The position numbers were made by a program, and so were the translations under genes. Shown one piece after another: positions 45,859-49,589 of a stretch of DNA of 49,589 bases. Within the stretch, counting starts at the first letter, position 1, and every line of letters begins with the position of its first letter. The notes under the pieces were generated by a model. It was not told the origin of the DNA, searched no databases, and saw nothing but the letters and a program-made list of their open reading frames with translations. The DNA comes from Candidatus Gastranaerophilaceae bacterium (GTDB lineage Bacteria; Cyanobacteriota; Vampirovibrionia; Gastranaerophilales; Gastranaerophilaceae). The stretch is from positions 1 through 49,589 of the forward strand of contig JBGUSD010000203.1 of assembly GCA_045132355.1 (NCBI GenBank), read 5' to 3'.

Positions 45859-45931
45859 TTTCTCCTGATTAAAGTATTTTAAAATTCTAAATATATTGTA
45901 TAATATATATTATAAAAAAGCAATACGGTGA

Positions 45932-46849
45932 ATGATGGGTTTAAATATAACTTCAAAACATGATTTAGAGGATTTTAAAACATATATTTTGGTGGAAAAA
46001 AACTTCTCAAAACATACGGCAAAAGCCTATTGCTCTGATATTTTGAGCTTTTTAGTATGGTTAGAAGATGATTGTTGTGAAGATGTGAATTTCTCAAAAG
46101 TCAGGGATTATTTACATTTTATTCAAAAATTCAACTATAAAAAAACTACTATCGCTCGGAAAATAGCATCTATTAGAACATTTTTTAAATTTCTTTACAG
46201 GGAAAGAAAAGTTAATTCAAACCCGGCAATGAGTTTGACGGTTCCAAAACGTCCAAAATCTTTGCCAAAGTTTTTGACCCCGGACGAAGTTGAAAAAATA
46301 TTAAATAACGTAAAAATTGATACCCCTTCCGGATATAGAAATCGTGCGATATTAGAACTTTTGTGGGCAACGGGCATGCGTGTTTCCGAACTTTCAGGAT
46401 TGAATTTTGGCGACCTAAACCTTGAAAACAATGAAATACGTGTTTTTGGTAAAGGTGCAAAAGAGAGGATTATACTCGTATCAGACAGGGCAAAGACCTA
46501 TCTTCAACGCTATATCGACAGCGCAAGAATGCTTATACCAAAAGGGTACAGAATAGAGGAGCCTACGGAAAGTTCGCCTGTATTTATAAACAATACCGGT
46601 TACCGCTTGCAGACAAAAACCATCAGAAACGTTATTAATGATGTTGTTGAAAAAATTGAGTTGCCAAAACACGTTACACCGCACGTTTTTAGGCATAGTT
46701 TTGCAACCCATTTGATTGAAAACGGTGCAGATTTGAGGGTTGTGCAGGAGTTGTTGGGGCACGCCAGCATATCTAATACCCAAATTTACACACACGTTTC
46801 CATGCAGCATATGAAGGAAGTTTATAATGAAGCGCACCCTAGAGCTTAA
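45932..46849 (+). CDS. xerC: tyrosine recombinase XerC-like
   Basis: GMRVSEL, HVFRHSFATHLIENGADLRVVQELLGHASISNTQIYTH. Confidence 0.8.
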   Translation: MMGLNITSKHDLEDFKTYILVEKNFSKHTAKAYCSDILSFLVWLEDDCCEDVNFSKVRDYLHFIQKFNYKKTTIARKIASIRTFFKFLYRERKVNSNPAMSLTVPKRPKSLPKFLTPDEVEKILNNVKIDTPSGYRNRAILELLWATGMRVSELSGLNFGDLNLENNEIRVFGKGAKERIILVSDRAKTYLQRYIDSARMLIPKGYRIEEPTESSPVFINNTGYRLQTKTIRNVINDVVEKIELPKHVTPHVFRHSFATHLIENGADLRVVQELLGHASISNTQIYTHVSMQHMKEVYNEAHPRA

Positions 46850-47058
46850 TCATCATCTGTGAATTTGTATGTGATCACTTCTTTTACAAGTTTTTGAGTC
46901 CTAAAATCATTCTTGTGTAATTTCTTTAAAAAATCGTAGTAGTTCTTGTCTTTATTTTCAACCTTTGAGTATTTCATAACTTCAAGAGAGGTTGTTCGTG
47001 CATTTTCATTTGCAAGATCATAAAGATGCCCCACTATTTCTGCTAAATCTCTACTCAT
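46846..47058 (-). CDS. hypothetical protein (70 aa)
   Basis: Its stop codon overlaps the xerC stop (shared TTAA). No motif recognised. Confidence 0.35.
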   Translation of the reverse strand: MSRDLAEIVGHLYDLANENARTTSLEVMKYSKVENKDKNYYDFLKKLHKNDFRTQKLVKEVITYKFTDDD

Positions 47059-47130
47059 AATTAATAAATCTCGATTATAAATTCTAAATATAGACTATAT
47101 AATCTATAAATATATTACAGAGTAGTTTTT

Positions 47131-47159
47131 TTGTCAAACGACAGTCAAAATATTATAAT
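47131..47159 (+). promoter_or_regulatory. promoter TTGTCA-17-TATAAT, 8 nt before ATG 47168
   Basis: Read directly. No SD. Confidence 0.5.
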
Positions 47160-47167
47160 TTTTTATT

Positions 47168-47386
47168 ATGGGCTTAAGAGAAAGAATTAAATCAATACTT
47201 GCTTCTAAAGCATTAACAATGACATATGTTGCTCAAGAAATGACAAAACGACTTGGTAAAAATATGTCCCTTGATAATTTATCCAAGAAATCAAAACACG
47301 AAACCTTAACATATCGTGAACTCCAATGTATTGCAGATATTGCAGGTTACGATATTGAATTTATTGAGAGAGGCAAAAAGAACTAG
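47168..47386 (+). CDS. small helix-turn-helix (XRE-like) protein
   Basis: LTMTYVAQEMTKRLG...LTYRELQCIADIAG resembles a Cro/CI-type HTH. Confidence 0.4.
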   Translation: MGLRERIKSILASKALTMTYVAQEMTKRLGKNMSLDNLSKKSKHETLTYRELQCIADIAGYDIEFIERGKKN

Positions 47387-47390
47387 TTGT

Positions 47391-48956
47391 TTATTCGTTT
47401 ACTCTGTTTGCTTTGATAAATAACAGTAAAGGAATAATTACAAAGCATGCAAGACCAAATATTCTAAAAGCATCCATAAATGCCCACAGTGTTGACTGTT
47501 GTATCAGTTGTCTGTATTGCATATATTGTGCCATATGTTGTGCCATATCGGGCGAAGTATACTGCATAAACGCGCCTGCAGTTGCCTGAACTTTTTGGGC
47601 AAATACGGAATTCAGCATATTCAATTTGCCGACCATCATATATTGGTGCATTTGGGCAAATCTTGATAAAAACGTTGCAACAAGAGATGTTCCTATAGCT
47701 CCGCCAATTGTCTTCAGTAGGTTTTGAACACCTGATGCGTTAGTCATTTGTTCGTTGGTCAAGGTATCAACGGACAAGTTTATCAACGGTATCATTGTAA
47801 GCCCCAAACCCATTCCCATAAAGAAGTTTGGTATCATAATGTTAACGTTTGCTATATTCAGGTTCAAAAATCCTAATGACAAACTAGATGCGCCAACCAT
47901 AGAAAGTCCGAGTACTACAAGCAATTTGTTATTAACTTTGTTTGAAATATTCCCGACAATTACCATAGCCAAAAAGCTTCCGCAACCGCGCGGCATCATT
48001 GATTGTCCGCTGAGGTATGCAGTATATCCCATCATACTTTGCAAAAATTGCGGTAATATTGCAATAGAAGCAAACAAAACACCTTGTAGTACAATTTGTA
48101 TAGTTGTACCTGCAAGAAAGTTTGCATCCTTAAATACACTTAAGTCAATAAGGGTATTTTTTCTTACAATTTGTGATATGAAAAATCCTATACCTGCAAT
48201 GCATGATACTCCGAAAGTCCAACATACCCAAGGTGCGTGAAACCAATCTGAATTGTTACCCTTATCAAGCACAACCTGAAGTGCCGCAATCCATACAACA
48301 AGCAGAGCAAATCCCAATCCATCCATTTTGACACCCTTTTGGCGTCTTGCATATGGCGGATCCCACAAGAACTTGTGGCACAAAATTGCAGCAACACAAC
48401 CAAATGGCACATTGATAAAGTATATCCAAGGCCATGTCCAGTTATCTGTAATCCATCCGCCAAGTACAGGACCTAATATAGGTGCAATAATTACACCCAT
48501 ACCAAAAGCGGCCATTGCCTGAGCTCGTTTTTCTTTCGGAAAACTTTCAAGCATGATTGCTTGTGATAGCGGAACAATACCGCCACCGCCAAAACCTTGC
48601 AATATACGAGCTGCTACCATTGCGCCAAGTGAATTTGCCATACCGCAAAGCAATGATGCAATAGTAAACAATAGTACGCTGATTATATAAAAGTTTTTAC
48701 GTCCAAAAAACTTACTAAACCAATCTACAGAAGGGATTACGATACCTGATGCAATCAGATAACTTGTCAAAATCCATATGGATTCGTCACGTGTAACGGA
48801 GAAACTTCCTGCCATATGCGGCAGGGCAACGTTGGCTATAGTACCATCAAGTACAAATATGAATACTGCCAGCAATACCGGAACTGATGACAACCAAGGG
48901 TTGTCAGGATAAATTTCTTCTTGCGTATTTTTTGTTTTGGTTACTTCTTCTGCCAT
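47391..48956 (-). CDS. emrB: MFS drug efflux transporter, DHA2 (EmrB/QacA, 14-TM) family
   Basis: Length and about 14 hydrophobic segments. Motifs GRKNFYIISVLLFTIASLLCG and ARILQGFGGGG. Confidence 0.88.
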   Translation of the reverse strand: MAEEVTKTKNTQEEIYPDNPWLSSVPVLLAVFIFVLDGTIANVALPHMAGSFSVTRDESIWILTSYLIASGIVIPSVDWFSKFFGRKNFYIISVLLFTIASLLCGMANSLGAMVAARILQGFGGGGIVPLSQAIMLESFPKEKRAQAMAAFGMGVIIAPILGPVLGGWITDNWTWPWIYFINVPFGCVAAILCHKFLWDPPYARRQKGVKMDGLGFALLVVWIAALQVVLDKGNNSDWFHAPWVCWTFGVSCIAGIGFFISQIVRKNTLIDLSVFKDANFLAGTTIQIVLQGVLFASIAILPQFLQSMMGYTAYLSGQSMMPRGCGSFLAMVIVGNISNKVNNKLLVVLGLSMVGASSLSLGFLNLNIANVNIMIPNFFMGMGLGLTMIPLINLSVDTLTNEQMTNASGVQNLLKTIGGAIGTSLVATFLSRFAQMHQYMMVGKLNMLNSVFAQKVQATAGAFMQYTSPDMAQHMAQYMQYRQLIQQSTLWAFMDAFRIFGLACFVIIPLLLFIKANRVNE

Positions 48957-48970
48957 ATATTTATAGCTTA

Positions 48971-49041
48971 CAGAGGTCAGGATGTCAGGAAGGCAAGCTA
49001 TTTAATTTATTAAGCTTGACCTCTTGTCTTCTTGCCCTCTG
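48971..49041. repeat. long imperfect inverted repeat (29-nt arms, 21/29 complementary, 13-nt AT loop) filling the emrA-emrB intergenic region
   Basis: Left arm 48971-48999 compared by hand with the reverse complement of 49013-49041. Confidence 0.6.
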
Positions 49042-49049
49042 TTCCTCTG

Positions 49050-49589
49050 TTATTTTACTCTTACCTTTGGAACAACTGACATTCCCGGAACAATTGTGTA
49101 TTTTTCAGGGTCAATTTCTTCTGTAAATACGATTTTTACAGGAACTCTTTGTACGATTTTAACAAAGGATCCTACAGCGTTTTCAGGTGGAAATAAGCTT
49201 GATTTTGCTCCTGAACTTCTTTGGATACTGTCAATTTTTCCTTTGAAAATGTGGTTTGGATAGGTATCAATCTTTATATCAACAGGTTGGTCTTTTTTCA
49301 TATGTCGAAGTTGGTTTTCTTTAAAGTTTGCAACAACCCAAATTTCATCAGGGACGATTGTGAAAAGAGGAGTTCCAACCTGAACGTACATACCTTTTTC
49401 AACCCTTCTTGAAGCAACAGTTCCTGATTGAGGAGCATAAATTGTTGTGTATGAAAGGTTCAATTCTGCCTGATCTTTCAATGCTTTTGCACTTTTCAAA
49501 TCAGCATCTGCAACTCTGCTTTCGTTATCAGAAAACAGGGCTTGTTCGGTTGACGTTAATGATGCTTTTGCACTGTCATATTTTGCTTG
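49050..49589 (-). CDS. emrA: HlyD/EmrA-family membrane fusion protein, 5' end beyond the window
   Basis: LSYTTIYAPQSGTVASRRVEKGMYVQVGTPLFTIVPD. The frame stays open from 49499 to 49589 (hand-translated QAKYDSAKASLTSTEQALFSDNESRVADAD). Confidence 0.85.
   Translation of the reverse strand, partial: QAKYDSAKASLTSTEQALFSDNESRVADADLKSAKALKDQAELNLSYTTIYAPQSGTVASRRVEKGMYVQVGTPLFTIVPDEIWVVANFKENQLRHMKKDQPVDIKIDTYPNHIFKGKIDSIQRSSGAKSSLFPPENAVGSFVKIVQRVPVKIVFTEEIDPEKYTIVPGMSVVPKVRVK

Noticed and set aside
34138-49589. Linking the TolC-like gene to the emrAB pair as one tripartite pump
   Set aside because: They are more than 10 kb apart on opposite strands with unrelated genes between them. A functional link is possible but is not supported by anything in the sequence.

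Overview
49.6-kb AT-rich chromosomal segment (about one-third G+C by eye, not computed). It looks like an anaerobic bacterium with an outer membrane: nrdDG, a TolC-like protein and a porin-like protein are present. Taxonomy cannot be assigned without a database search. There are about 45 credible protein genes and one tRNA (anticodon CAU). Most of the window is housekeeping: tdk, an S41 C-terminal protease, hisS, metG with an endonuclease-IV-like gene, a U32-family gene, a PLP decarboxylase, aroC, recJ, pgk, dnaG-rpoD, xerD, a parvulin PPIase, ogt, an HxlR regulator, nrdDG, engB, xerC, and an emrAB-type MFS/HlyD efflux pair at the right edge (emrA runs off the window). Less ordinary content: (1) About a dozen genes have a -10 box 6-7 nt before the ATG and no Shine-Dalgarno (SD), so they look leaderless. 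(2) Three dispersed paralogues of a type-IV-pilin-like family are present; one is a modular pilin with a tandem 15-bp Pro-rich repeat and a Cys-rich C-terminal domain. (3) A four-gene same-strand cluster (32031-37546) encodes a 686-aa protein built from three diverged modules, a TolC-like outer-membrane protein and two secreted proteins. (4) The 3' end of the tRNA plus its terminator is duplicated 186 bp downstream, next to a stretch of poorly characterised genes (38011-43081). (5) A minimal nucleotidyltransferase and a 62-aa ORF are translationally coupled to hisS. I saw no CRISPR array, rRNA, transposase, phage structural gene or recognised defence system, and I cannot point to a complete novel system with confidence. 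All functional calls rest on motif recognition by eye from the ORF track and raw sequence; no similarity search or RNA folding was possible.
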